From a virus (Duplodnaviria > Caudoviricetes): a stretch of 64,000 nucleotides of DNA. The first letter of the stretch is position 1, and each line of letters begins with the position of its first letter. The notes below the pieces were generated by a model. It searched no databases, was not told the origin of the DNA, and saw nothing but the letters and a program-made list of their open reading frames with translations. Shown here one piece after another: positions 1-14,100 of this stretch. Location: the IMG/VR virus record IMGVR_UViG_3300046171_000271; one strand, 5' to 3'. The position numbers were made by a program, and so were the translations under genes.

Positions 1-3000
1 ACAGGAGATAAAATAATTCTCGATTCTAATCCAGCTCCTACTGGATTGGAGGATCAGAAGATTTACTATGTTTCTAGATTCTCTAAGAGATAAAATTAGA
101 CTTTGTGAATCGAAGTATGAAACTGAAAAATTTCAACCTAATTTCGTATCAATTGATATTGCAAGAAAAGGAAATGTTCTTCCTGTTAACCCAGCTCTAA
201 ACGTATTTTCTGGTAATACTATAGTATTTGATCTAAGTGATTCGTCTTTATCTTCTTTAAATGCATCTACTCTTTATTCTGCATTTGACATGAATCTCTA
301 CAGAGATTCAAATTTCACGGACAGATTTGATGGTACACTTTCAGACAATATCTTTGAAATAACTAAATCTGGAAAAGTTGGAATCGATGCAGATGCCAAA
401 CTTACTTTGGTAGTCAATAATAATGCACCAGAGAATCTCTTTTATAAGTTCTCGGTTATAAATTCAGATTTTGTTGATTCTTTTAAGAAGGAAATTGTTG
501 TAGATAAAGAAGTAAGAGGATTCAATAAGATTGATGTTGTAGGCAGTGCATATCAAGGTGAATTTGTACTTACAGGAACTGGATCTACTTTCTTCAAGTA
601 TGACATACAAGAAATTCCTGAAAGATCTTCATATTCATCTATTGATGGTGGTTTATCTTACACGACAAATTCTTCAAATGCTTATGGCGGCATTTCAAGT
701 ATCGATATTACCTACAAGGGCGCAAATTATAATGAAATAGTTGGCGTATCAACGATTGTTGGGATAACCACAGGAACTGGTGCCATTCTTGAACCGTCAA
801 GTAATACAATTGGTAAGATTCTTTCAACAAAAATTGAAAACATTGGTTTTAATTATCCAACAGATAATACAATTCGTCCTACAACCAATCTTCCAGAAGT
901 TCTTTTACTTGAATCTTTAACCTCATTTGATAAAATCGGCATTTCTTCCGCTGGCAAGAATTATAATATTGCCCCGAATCTTGTTGTTCTTGATGGGGTA
1001 ACTGGAAAAAATATTGATGATGCTGATCTTTTCTACAAACTTGGAGACTCTGAAGTAACTATTAGAAAGAATACTAAAGGAATTTCAAATGTAACTCCTA
1101 CTATCATTCCAATTAACAATTCAAATGGAGTTGCAATTAACAACATTTCTTTTGACATTGTTAGTAAAAATGTAACAGTTGGATTTGACACAGGATTTAG
1201 TGATCAATCTCCATTCGCCTGTTGGCGATAAAGTTCTTATTGAAAATGTAAGCGTTGGTGTTGGATCAACTGGATCTGGTTACAATTCAGTGGATTATGA
1301 TTATCAATTGTTTCACTCTGACAGATGTGAACATTCCTCTCGGCGGTAATGTTGGCGTAGTTACATTCAGCCTTTCAGGAATTATTGAAAGATAATCTAT
1401 ATGCTGGAAATTATGACTCAACCAATTCCGCAGGAAGAATAATTAACCAGAATGCCTTCCCACAATTTAACATTGAACTTAAAAAGAATGATTTCTTACT
1501 AGGAGAAAATGTTTTTCTAATAGTGGAGAGGGTAAAGTCAATAGTTGGAATAATAAAATCGAACTTCTTAAAGTCTCAACCTCTAGAGATTTTAAAGTTG
1601 GAGATCTTGTAACTGGACAATCTTCTGGAACTCAAGGAACTGTTAAGTCAAAACTTGAATATAATTCTGAAATTAAAACTGGATCATCATCCATTGTTGA
1701 AAAGGGATGGAATAAAACCACCGGATTCTTTAATAACAATCAACAAAGAATTCCTGATAACTTCTACTATCAAAACTTCTCTTATGCAATTAAGTCTAAA
1801 ATTCCTCTACAGGATTGGGATGACACAGTAAGTTCACTCAATCATACTGCGGGATTCCTTAAATTTAGTGATCTAATCATTGAATCTACTGATCAAAACC
1901 CTAATCTTGGAGTCTTTACAGACGAGTCTTCCAACGTTTCTTTGACAGTTGATATTCTACCAGTCCCCGTATACGGAGGAGGAGATTTAAGGGGTGAATT
2001 TGGTGGTGGTATAAGTCTTAATTGCTATCCTGCTTTTGATTTAGTTACTGAAAATTCCAAAACTGCTTCAGGAAAGGTTTACTCTGATAGAATTTTCTTA
2101 GAAAATAGAGTTCTTACTGATTATTTTGAATCTGTTGGAAATAGAGTTTTGACAATTGATGATTTTAGCACACAATTTAGCGACGTAGAACGTCCTACAA
2201 GATTCAGTATTGTCAAGAAGTTCTCAGTTGATCAGAGATCTAAAAAGATTCTTACTTTTGTAAAAGATAAAACATATGCCGAAAGACAAACTTCTATAGT
2301 AACTTTAATTCAAGATGGCGTAAATGCGGAGGTTCTTAATTATGGAAGAGTCGAAAATTCATTAGATTTAGGTTCATTTGATTTTAGAATCGAAGGTACA
2401 GAAGGACAACTATTATTCTACCCAACTAAGTATCAAAATAATAACTATAATATTTCATACTGCAGTTTCGATCTTGATAATGGTGTATCTGGAATTGGAA
2501 CGTTTGCTTTGGGTGAGATTTGTGACATTGAATCCACTCAGGTAGAAATTCCTGCTTCAACAAAAACTACTATTGTAGGAATTGCATCCACATATAGATC
2601 ATCTAAAGTCTTAGTAGAATTCAATTCTAATACTGGAGTTTTTGGTTTTAATGAACTTAATATTGTTCATGATGGTACAAATGTTGAACTCTTAGAATAT
2701 GGAGATCTTTCAACTGATATTGGATCAACTGTTCTTGGATTTGGAACATATTCTGCCGAAATGTCCTCTGGAACCATAAATGTAGATTTCACTCCAAATC
2801 CTGGATTCGCTCTTACAGCAAATACCGTTAGAGTTTCAATGTCAAGTACAGAATCTGTTGGAGTAGGAACAACTGTCATTGGAGGTTTTGGTGAGAATAT
2901 TGCAGAATTGCAGTCTTTCTATACATCGATTTCTTCATCTGCTACTCCAGGTATCACCACAATTGCAGAATACACTTGTGGTGGTGTAAATGACTATTCC

Positions 3001-6000
3001 GCAGCATATTATTTTGTTAGTGTAGAAGATACCACAAATAATGAATATCAACTTACTGAGTTGATTGTTTTGAATGATAGTAATGAATCATACATTACTG
3101 AATATGCTAAATTGACAACAGGAAGTGATATTGGAACATTTGACTCTTATGCAGATTCATCTACAACGCAACTAAGATACACACCTCCTGCTAATGTAGA
3201 TGTTGAAACAAGGGTATTCCAGCAAGCTATTCAACTTGTAGAAATTGATGACACTTTGAATCATGAAATTGATTTAAATAATGCATCCGTAACTGCAGGA
3301 TATGGTTTTTATGAGGGAACTTTTGTAGATGTTAAGAGAGCGTTTGAATTAACTCATAATGGACTTCCAATTTTCCAGAGAAACTTTGATGGAAGCAATA
3401 CTGATATTGTAGATACTACTAACAATACAATTAGAATTCCAGATCACTTCTTTACAACAGGAGAACCGGTAACTTACTCAGTTGGAGTATCAACCAATGT
3501 TCGTATTGGTATTGAAACAACATCATTTGCTGGAATTGGCAACACTAATATCCTTCCAACCACTACTTCAGTTTATGTAATTAAAGATAGTGATTCTTCA
3601 ATTAGGTTTGCATCGTCCGCACAGAATGCAAATGCATTGACTCCTGTAGCGATTGGAATCACTGGTGTTGGAATAGGAACTTTCCATACTTTAACATCAA
3701 GTAAGCAGAACACAAAATGTTTAATTGCCCTCGATAACTTTATTCAAAATCCGATTGTTTCAACCGCAGTAACAACTACTGTAGATAGAGAAATTACAAT
3801 TGGCGATGCTGTTGTTAAAACTATTGGAGTAACATCGTTCTTTGCATCTGATTTGATACAAGTTGAATCAGAAATTATGAAAATCAATACTGTTGGTTTT
3901 GGTACAACTAACGGACTTCTAGTTGATCGTGGATGGATGGGAACAGGAATTGCAACTCACCCAGTTGGTGTTGCTGTTACTAAAGTTGATGGAGCATATA
4001 ACATTGTCAATAATACTATTAACTTTTATACAGCACCTCATGGGCCCACGCCTATAAGTTCAACCACCAATCCACCAGATGAAAGAGATTTCACTGGAAT
4101 AACTACTTTCTCAAGGTTCCAAGGAAGAACATTCCTAAGATCGGAAAATGCTGGAAGTGCAAAAGATGCTTATCATTCAAATTATGTATTTGATAGTATT
4201 GCAGATCAATTTGATGCAACTACTAAGACGTTTACCTTGAAATCTCAGAATGAAAATGCAACCGGATTCTCAACTAATAATGCAGTAGTTCTTATTAATG
4301 GTATATTCCAAGGGCCTACTGGACAGTTATCAGTTAATCAAGATTACACATTGAGTGAAGCATCAGGAATTAGTAGTATAACATTTACAGGTACTGCTAC
4401 CTTCCGTTGCATATGATCCTAATAATGCAAATATCCCTGTTGGTGGATATATTGTTTCGGTTGGATCTACAAGTGGATTAGGTTATCAACCACTTGTTTC
4501 TGCTGGTGGAACCGCTGTTGTATCAGTTGCTGGAACTATTACATCAATTAGTATTGGTAATACTGGTTCTGGTTATCGCTCTGGTATTCAAACTGTTAAT
4601 GTTGGTGTTTATACTTCTTCAACAGGTAGAACTGGAATTGAATTCATTGGAACTGCTGCGGTAAGTAACGGACATATCGTTAGTGTTGCTATTACAAATC
4701 CAGGATCTGGATATCTGATTGGATCAGAACCAGTGGTTGTATTTGATGCTCCACTTTCATATTCTAACATTCCTTTAATTTATTCAGAAGATTCTCCAGC
4801 AGGAGTTGGAACACAAGCAACTGTTGATATTGTTGTTGGACAAGGGATCAAGTATAATAGACTTTCAATATTAGAAATTTTGGATATCGTTACTCTCAAA
4901 ATCAAATTTTACTGTTGCAACTGGAGGTTCTACTGGTATTCCTACTGATACAAATCACTCATTCAAAGAATTCCAAATTACAGTAGATAAAGTCGATTCT
5001 GATAAATTCTCAGCATGGCATTTCGGAGAATTAGAGCGTCTTGATAACATTAATGAGGAATTTAATGGAGTTAAGAGAAAATTCACGTTAAAGAGAAATG
5101 GATCTCCAGTTACTGTAAGAGCAGCAGTAGGATCTAATATTGATGTTAAATCTACACTTCTTATTTTTATCAACGATATTCTACAAGTACCTGGAGAAGC
5201 ATATGAATTTAACGGTGGTAGTGTAATTAACTTTGCAGAAGCTCCTAAAGGACGCTCTAGTGATAATTCATATGATGGTGATACTTGTAAAATTCTCTTC
5301 TATAAGGGAACAGGTGATGTTGATGTCACTTTTAACAATGTTCTTCCAACTGTAAAGGATGGTGACGAATTAAGTGTCAGGGGTGATGAATCTTTAGTTT
5401 CTAACTCTGTTGATCAAGAATCAAGATTAATAACTGAGATAATTTCTACTGATGCGGTTGAAACAAATCCATATTACGGAAGAGGAATTGATTCCAACCC
5501 AGATCATACACGCACAGTTACTTGGTGTAAGCAAACTGTTGATAAAGTTGTTAATGGTAAAATTGTAAGTAAAGCAAGAGAATTGAATTCTGCTTTAATT
5601 AATCCAAAAACAAATATTATTCAATCTGTTGGTGTTGGATCTACTCAAATTTTCGTTGAGAGTGTAATTCCATTCTTTAACCCTGATGATGAAAATCAAA
5701 CTACCAAGAATCAGCAAACTATAAGAATTGTATCACAAAACAATCTCGTATCTGCTGCCGCAACTGCAGTTGTTTCTATAGGAAATACTGTTGAATCGAT
5801 CACAATTGGTTACGGCGGAACAGGATATACTTCTGCACCGTCAGTAACTATTGGAACACCAGTGGGACTCGGAACAACCGCAAGAGCAACAGCTATTGCA
5901 ACTCTGACTGGAGACACCGTATCTTCAATTACTGTTTCTACACCAGGAATCGGGTATATGAGAACTTCTGTCCCTCAAGTCCTCATTGAAGCGCCATCAG

Positions 6001-6572
6001 TTACAAAGGAAACAAATATAACGTCTCTTTATGAGGGTGATTTTGGTGAAATTGTTGGATTAACATCTACTTCTGTTGGAGTAGCATCCACTGGATTCAT
6101 TATGAATTTCTTCATTCCTGTTGATTCATTCTTACGTGATACAAAAGTTGTTGGATCTGCAGTTACTATAAGTGACATTTCAGTCGGTGATTATTTCACT
6201 GTCAAAAATAGCAATGTTGGAAGTGGTGTTACATCACTCTATCAAACTGGCGAAACATTAGGTGTTACAACTCAATTCCTCGATTCTGTTTATGAAGTAG
6301 CGGCAGTTTCTGTTGCTACAACTGCAATAGCAGGTGTTGGTATTACATATGTTAAGAAAGTCACTGTGAGTGTTGAAGATCTTGGTGATATAACTGGTAT
6401 TGGACTAACTGAGTTCTATGGTGAGTTCTCATGGGGTAAGATTACACTTGGAGATAGATCAAGTGCTTCTGCATTTGATGCATACCTTTTAAATGGCACT
6501 TCTGGTATTACAACTGGTGGTGTTGTAAATAGAGTTGAACCTCTCAAACTTGTAGGATACTCTACAACATAA
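1..6572 (+). CDS. gp7: C-terminal part of the giant baseplate wedge protein (gp7-like), broken by several single-base indels; starts upstream of the window
   Basis: ORF pieces 68-1231, 1385-1612, 1942-4416, 4733-4948 and 5583-6572 join into one protein after +/-1 shifts (e.g. near 1218 ttc-gc(c)t-gtt-ggc-gat = FAVGD; near 4400 ATSVAYDP). It lies directly upstream of gp8 and has the GxGY/GIGT-rich composition of cyanophage baseplate proteins. Confidence 0.7.
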
Positions 6573-6576
6573 CTGA

Positions 6577-6582
6577 TAAATA
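6577..6582 (+). promoter_or_regulatory. gp55 late promoter (gp8)
   Basis: TAAATA in the short intergenic gap. Confidence 0.75.
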
Positions 6583-6601
6583 AGTAAAAAACTACGCAAA
6601 A

Positions 6602-8161
6602 ATGGCTGCGATTATAACTGATCAACTTCGTATATTAAACGCAAAAGATTTTATTGCTAGTGTTGCATCCACTAGCAACTCTTTCTATTCGTTTGTAGGA
6701 CTTCCTAATCCTACTGATGTTGATGCAAGTTGGGATAGCAGTCCTCCCGATCCAAGGGATAGTTTTGATGAAGAGAATAATTATTGGGACACAATGATTG
6801 CTCTCAAAAAAATTGATACTGATGATGTGAAGCAAGTAATTAAAAAGATTACTTGGAGATCTGGTACAACTTATGACATGTACCGACATGATGTAAAAGC
6901 AGAAAGTCCTTCTAAACCATCAAATGCGATTAGTTTATACGAAGCAAATTATTATGTAATGAACTCTGACTACAGAGTTTACATTTGCTTACAAAATGGA
7001 ACAAGTCCTGAAAATCCAAGTGGTAGAGCATCTCTTGATGAACCCACTTTTACAGATTTAGAACCTAGAGAAGCGGGGACAAGTGGTGATGGTTATGTAT
7101 GGAAATATCTTTATACTATCAAACCTGGAGATATTGTAAAGTTTGAGTCTACAAACTTTATGCCAGTTCCAAAAGATTGGACTACAACAACTGAAGCAAA
7201 TATTTCTGCAGTTAGAAACAACGCTAGCACTAGTGGACAACTAAAAATTGTAACAATTACGAATAGAGGAGTTGGATTAGGCACTGCTAATACAACTTAT
7301 ACTCAAGTTCCTATTAAAGGTGATGGCAATGGGGCAGAGTGTACTATTGCTATTAATAATAATTCAAATGTAGAATCAGTCACAATCTCAAAAGGAGGTT
7401 CTGGTTATACATTTGGAACAATTGATTTAGTTGCAGGGAACGTGCCTACAGGAACGACTGCTCCAGTTTTTGATGTAATTGTGCCACCTCAAGGCGGACA
7501 TGGTGCAGATATTTACAGAGAATTGGGAGCGAGAAACGCATTAATTTATTCAAGAATTGAAAACGATTCTGAGAATCCTGATTTTATAACTGGAAATGAA
7601 ATTGCAAGAATTGGATTAGTGCAAAATCCAAAAGCATATGACACATCATCTAATCTTTCATTAGATAAAGCTGCAGCAACTTACGCACTTAAACTTACAG
7701 GTACAGGATATAGTTCTGCTTCTTTTACTGCTGACTCTTTTATTACTCAAACTGTAGGATTCGGATCCACAGCAGTTGGTAGAGTTGTATCATATGATCA
7801 AGTAACAGGAGTTTTAAAATACTGGCAAGATAGATCCACTGCAGGATTTAATACCGATGGATCTAAGAATACTAATCCAGCATATGGATTCGAGATGAAT
7901 AGATTCACACCTGGTATTGCAGATGGTGGATCTTTTAATATTATCGGAGGATCTACAACTCTTGCAATTCAAACCTCATTTACAGGTATATCTACCGAAA
8001 TAAATAGTCGTACTTATTACCTGGGGCAGTCGTTTAACGAGGGTGTTGCTCAACCTGAGGTTGAAAAATATACGGGTAATATCATTTACGTCGATAATAG
8101 GCCCTCTATTACCAGATCGTCCAGTCAAAAAGAAGATATCAAAATTATCTTGCAGTTCTAA
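6602..8161 (+). CDS. gp8: Baseplate wedge subunit gp8
   Basis: MAAIITDQLRI start; YDMYRHD, YRVYICLQNG and DGYVWKYLYTI motifs typical of T4-like gp8; late promoter upstream. Confidence 0.9.
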   Translation: MAAIITDQLRILNAKDFIASVASTSNSFYSFVGLPNPTDVDASWDSSPPDPRDSFDEENNYWDTMIALKKIDTDDVKQVIKKITWRSGTTYDMYRHDVKAESPSKPSNAISLYEANYYVMNSDYRVYICLQNGTSPENPSGRASLDEPTFTDLEPREAGTSGDGYVWKYLYTIKPGDIVKFESTNFMPVPKDWTTTTEANISAVRNNASTSGQLKIVTITNRGVGLGTANTTYTQVPIKGDGNGAECTIAINNNSNVESVTISKGGSGYTFGTIDLVAGNVPTGTTAPVFDVIVPPQGGHGADIYRELGARNALIYSRIENDSENPDFITGNEIARIGLVQNPKAYDTSSNLSLDKAAATYALKLTGTGYSSASFTADSFITQTVGFGSTAVGRVVSYDQVTGVLKYWQDRSTAGFNTDGSKNTNPAYGFEMNRFTPGIADGGSFNIIGGSTTLAIQTSFTGISTEINSRTYYLGQSFNEGVAQPEVEKYTGNIIYVDNRPSITRSSSQKEDIKIILQF

Positions 8162-8167
8162 GGAATT

Positions 8168-11100
8168 ATGTCACAGGAAACCAATCTTAACGTCGCCCCT
8201 TACTTTGACGACTTTGATCCTAAGAAGGATTATTATAAGGTTTTATTCAAACCAGGTTATCCAGTACAAGCAAGAGAATTAACTTCTCTTCAATCAATCC
8301 TGCAAAATCAGGTTGAAAAATTCGGGCAGCACTTTTTTAAAGAAGGTGCTAAAGGTAATTCCTGGAAATACTACATTTTCTACTAATTATAAATGCGTTC
8401 TTTTAGAGAATTCATACTTAGGAATTCCTCTTCTTGATTATGTTGATCAATTAGTAGGAGCACAAATCACTGGACAAGATTCTGGTGTTACCGCTATTGT
8501 TGATAATTATATTCTTAGTTCTGAGTCAACTAGAGATCAAGTAACTCTTTTTGTAAATTATTCAGGTTCTGGAACGAACAATCAAGAATCTGTTTTTAGA
8601 GATGGTGAATTGCTGTCTGCAAATATCACAATTTCTACAGCAAACATTTTGATTGCTAATGAAGTTCCTTTTGCATCTACTATTCAGCAAGATGCAACCG
8701 CAGTAGGATCCGCTTATTTTATTGGTAATGGTGTTTACTTTGGAAAAGGAACTTTCCTTAAAGTAAATGAACAGATATTGATCTTAGATCAATATACCAA
8801 TACTCCAAGTTATAGAATTGGATTAACTATTGAAGAAACAATCATTAATTCAGATCTTGATCCTCTACTTACTGATAATTCGGCAGGATTTAACAATTTT
8901 GGAGCACCTGGTGCCGATAGACTTAAAATAATTACATCACTTTCTAAGAAAGATTTAACTGACATTGATGATAGTAACTTTGTCGAACTTGGAACAGTTA
9001 TTAATGGTGCTCTTAAAGAAAAACAGACTAGTGATTATTCTAGAATCACCGATGAGTTAGCAAGAAGAACACATGCAGAATCTGGTGATTTTTACGTTAA
9101 GTCATTTGGGATTGATGTGTTAGAATCTTTGGACGATGATGAAGGAAATAAAGGACTTTTTAAAGAAGATCAAACTACATACGGAGGATTAGTCCCTTCA
9201 GATGATTTGGGTGTATATCAGATTTCTGCTGGAAGAGCATTTGTCAATGGATATGATATAGAAACCACAGCGCCAGTATTTCTTGATTTTGAAAAACCTA
9301 GAACCACTAAAACACTTAAATCTCAACAAATTAATTATAAAACAGGAGAAACTGTTAAATTAAACAGAGTTTATGGATCTCCTACTATTGGAATCGGTAA
9401 TACTTATGTTTTAAGTCTTAGAGATTCGAGAGTTGGTTTAAATTCAACAACGGCTGCAGGAAAAGAAATTGGATTAGCTAGAGTTTATGATTTTAGATTA
9501 AATTCTGGAACATATAACTCATCAAATTCAAATATTAATGAATGGGGATTATCTCTATATGATGTTCAAACTACCACTGAAGTTACATTAAACGAACCTA
9601 TCACGTTGAGTGTACCGACATTTATTAAAGGAAAACATAGTGGTGCTACAGCATTTCTTAAGGACGCTGCTAATGATACTGCTTCGTTAGTATTGTACGA
9701 AAAATCTGGTAAGTTTATTAAGAATGAAAACTTTATAATAGACGGAATTGAAAATTCAAGAGTGGCAGTCGCTGTAACTGCACATGGAATCAGCGATGTT
9801 TTGTCAGTATTTGGTAGTGCAAATGGTACTGAGGTTGGAGCAGCAAGAACTTTCTCTGCTGATGTAGTTCTTGCTGACAATTTTAACATTGGAATTTCGT
9901 CGATTACTGCAGCAGATGGAGAGCATTACACATCTGTAATACGATCCACTAATCAATTATTTCCAGGACAAATTAAAGCAGGAAATATACTTTCCTTCAC
10001 TGGTAACTTATCTCAAGATCCAATTTTTGTATCTGTTGTAAGCGTAGCAACATCATCAATAACTGTAACCGGTGTTACTACAGTTAGAGGAGTTGCCAGC
10101 GGTGCAATGCCTGCATCAATTACAACTTTGACTGATCTAAAAGTTATTGGTGGAGATCTTGGAGTTACTGATGATAGCACTCTCTACACAGAGATGCCAA
10201 GAAAAAATATTTCTAATGTAGATTTAAATAATGCATCTTTAACTATTAGAAAAACTCAGCAGGTTAATATCGTAGACAACAAGTTATCTGCTGCAGTTAC
10301 ATCAGAATCAAACGAATCTTTCTTACCATTTACTCCTGAGAGATATACGCTTATTAGAAGCGATGGTACAACAGAAGAACTAACTTCAGACAAGGTTCAA
10401 ATTAATTCTGCATCAAATCAGTTAGAAATTTTTAATCTTGGACTTGATAATGAGGAGGCGACTCTTGTTACAACTCTTACTAAAATAAAACCAAAGGCTA
10501 AAAACAAAATTAAAAATAGAGTAAATTCTATTATTATTAGTAAATCGGTAAATAGTGCTTCTGGAATAGGATCCACAACTCTTAATGATGGGCTTACATA
10601 TGGAAACTATCCTTATGGAACAAGGGTTCAGGATGAAAATATCTCTCTTAATTCTGCTGACTTAATCGAAGTTCATGGAATCTATGAATTAGCGACGGAT
10701 CCTTCAGCAGATAACACAGATCCATCCTCTCCATCAATGATTCTGGCTAATTTGTCAGGGCCCTACAGCAAAAACCTCTGATTTAGTAATTGGCGAGTCT
10801 ATTATTGGAGAGACTTCTGGTGCTCATGCTATTGTTGGTGTAAAACAAACTGATTCAAAGATTGCATTTCTTCCTAAAAAACCAAATTAGTTTCAAAGAA
10901 GGAGAAATCGTTGTTTTTGGCGAATCTCAAATAAGAGCATCAATTGTAACTTTAGATACTCCAAGTAAGGATGTTTCTTTCAAGTTTACTTCTTCAAATG
11001 GACAAAATGGAGAATTTTACAATTTTGGAGTTTTAAACAGAAAAAATAGCGAAAAAGCACCTCAGAGAAAGTTAATTGCATATTTCTCTAATGGTTATTA

Positions 11101-14100
11101 TGAGTCTACTGATGACGGAGATATAACAACTGTAAATTCATACTCTAATTTTGATTATTCAACTGAAGTTCAAAGTGTAAACTTTGTAAGAAATTCTGAT
11201 ATTATTGATATTCGTCCAAAAGTTTCTGACATTGCGTTAGTATCTGAAGGTGACAGATCTCCACTTGAATTTTATGGAAGATCATTTAATGTAACTGGCA
11301 ACTCTGCACCTAATATTCTTGCCTCAAATGAAGGAATATTGACAGATTTCTCATTCTACCTAGGAAGAATTGATAGAATTTACCTGACAAAAGATGGTGT
11401 ATTCCAAGTTAAATATGGAACACCCTCCGAAAATCCACAAAATCCAACTTCAGTTGATGATGCTTTGGAAATTGCCACAGTATCTCTTCCGCCTTTTCTT
11501 TATGATGTAAGTAACGCTTCTAAGAAATTCTTAGAACATAAGCGTTACAGAATGACTGATATCAAGCAACTTGAAAATAGAATCAAGAATCTTGAGTTCT
11601 TCACATCACTCTCTCTTCTTGAGACAAACACTGCTAATTTGTTTGTTCCTGATGCAAACGGACTAAACAGATTTAAGTCAGGATTCTTTGTTGATAATTT
11701 TACGTCATTTCTTGCTCAAGAAGAATCTGTTGATCTAAAAAATAGTGTTGATTTCAATCAAAAAGAGTCTCATCCAAGTCACTATACAACACAAACTGAC
11801 TTATCAATTAGCAAGACTGAATCTGGTGATTTAAGAATTCAATCTCCAGATGGAACAAATATTAAAAAAACTGGCGATATTGTAACACTTGACTATACTG
11901 ATGAAAAGTGGTTAGAACAAAAATTTGGAACAAGAACTGAGAGTGTTACACCATTTATTGTTGGATTCTGGGTTGGTGCTATTGCACTTGTCCCGGAATC
12001 AGATTCTTGGGTTGATCCAGTTAGACTTGAGGCAAATATTGTTCAAACAGAAGGAAATTTTGCTGAAACTCTTGAGAGAGCAACAAGAACTCTTAATGTT
12101 GATCCTCAAACAGGGTTTGCACCAGCTGTTTGGAACACCTGGGTTAATAATTGGACGGGACAGGAAGCGCGTTTAGGATCTGAAAATAGAACAGCAATTT
12201 CTAGAGTAGGAAGAACTACCACTACTACTGTCTTTAGAGACACTACACGTCAAATATTTGAAACTGGAGTAGCGTCTAGAACTGGAACAAGAACTGCAGT
12301 TGTTGAGCAATTTGAAAATGAATCTCTTGGAGATAGAGTAATCAGCAGAGATATTGTATCTTTCGCAAGATCAAGAAACATAGAATTCACAATCAATTCA
12401 CTCAAACCGAATACTCAAGTTTATGCATTCTTTGATGGTGTAGACGTTTCTTCTTATTGTATTCCAAAACTTCTTGAAATCAACATGATTTCAGGCACTT
12501 TCCAAGTTGGAGAAACCGTAAAAGGTTCTATGCGTTCAGTTGGTGATACGTCAACTTCTGAAGGAGATCGCGAAATTTCGTTTAGATTATCTCAAGCAAA
12601 TCACAGATCCGGAACATTTAATTCTGCAAGTGAAGTTTTTACTAAAAATCCTTATAACAAAGATCAAACTCTTCCAAGTGCTTATTCGTCAACCTCTACT
12701 ATTCTCAATATAGATACATTTGCGCTTTGTGAACAACCACAATCCGAATTTATTGGTAGTGTTTCGCCTGAAATGATTTTGGTAGGTGAGACAAGTGGTG
12801 CTCAAGCTACTGTTTCTCAGGTAAGATTAGTATCGGATAATAGTGCTACTTTAATTGGAAGTTTGTTCTTACCTGATCCAAATGTCAGCACTAACCCCAG
12901 ATTTGAAACAGGAACAAAAGTTCTTACTTTTATTGATGATTTAAATAATGACATCAGAAATGCATCTACTCGTGCAACTTCAACATTCTTGATAAGTGGT
13001 ATTATTGAAACTGTTCAAGAAAATATCGTTTCAGTTAGAAATGCTGCAATTCAATCTCAAGATGTTAATGACGAAAGGGATATAGAACGAGTAAATACAA
13101 CTATAGACACGGAAGTAGTATCTTCGGAAGTTATAACCACCAGTAGTGTAACTACTAATCCACCTGATCCCCTCGCTCAAACTTTTGTAGTAGAAGATAC
13201 GACTGGTATTTTCTTTACAAAGTGTGATATTTTCTTCGAGCAAGTTGATAATCTTGATATACCTGTGATTTTTGAATTGAGAACCACAGAAAATGGTGTT
13301 CCAACTACAAAAATTCTTCCATTATCTCAAAAAATACTTCACCCCAAAGATATTCAAGTAAGTGATGATGGATCTATACCCACTACGTTTGTTTTACCTT
13401 CGCCGGTTTATCTTGAACCTGCTATTGAATATGCAATGGTTATCAGATCAGCTTCTGCAAGATATAAAGTCTTTATTTCAAGAGTAGGTGAAAATGATTT
13501 AATTACTCAAACATTTGTCTCTAATCAACCTTACCTTGGATCTCTTTATAAGTCACAAAATGGATCTGTTTGGGAACCAAGTCAGTGGGAAGATCTTAAA
13601 TTTACAATTTATAGAGCAGATTTCGTTACAAACGGATCAATTGAAGTCTATAGTCCTGAATTGAGTAGTGGCAATAATCAAGTCGCCAAACTTCTTCCCA
13701 ACTCAATCAGCCTCGCATCGAGATCTGTACGTATTGGCATTGGATCTACACTTCAGGATGAGGTATTAACATTAGGAAATACTGTATTGCAAAACGGTAA
13801 TAATGCAACTGGTAATTACATCGGAAATGCAGGTATTGCTACAGGAAATTTAAACATTATAAATGCTGGTATAGGATTCACTCCTTCCTCAGGTGATTAT
13901 GGTTTTAATGGAGTTGAACTTGTAAATATTACTAGTAGTGGAAGAAATGCAAAAGCAGATATTTTTATCGAAAATGGAGTTGCTATTGCTGCTACAATTT
14001 CTCAAAATGTTGCTGCAAGTGGAGGACAAGGTTATGTTGTTGGTGATGTCTTAGGAGTTTCTACGATTGGTAATAATAACCTCGGAAGAAATCTTAGACT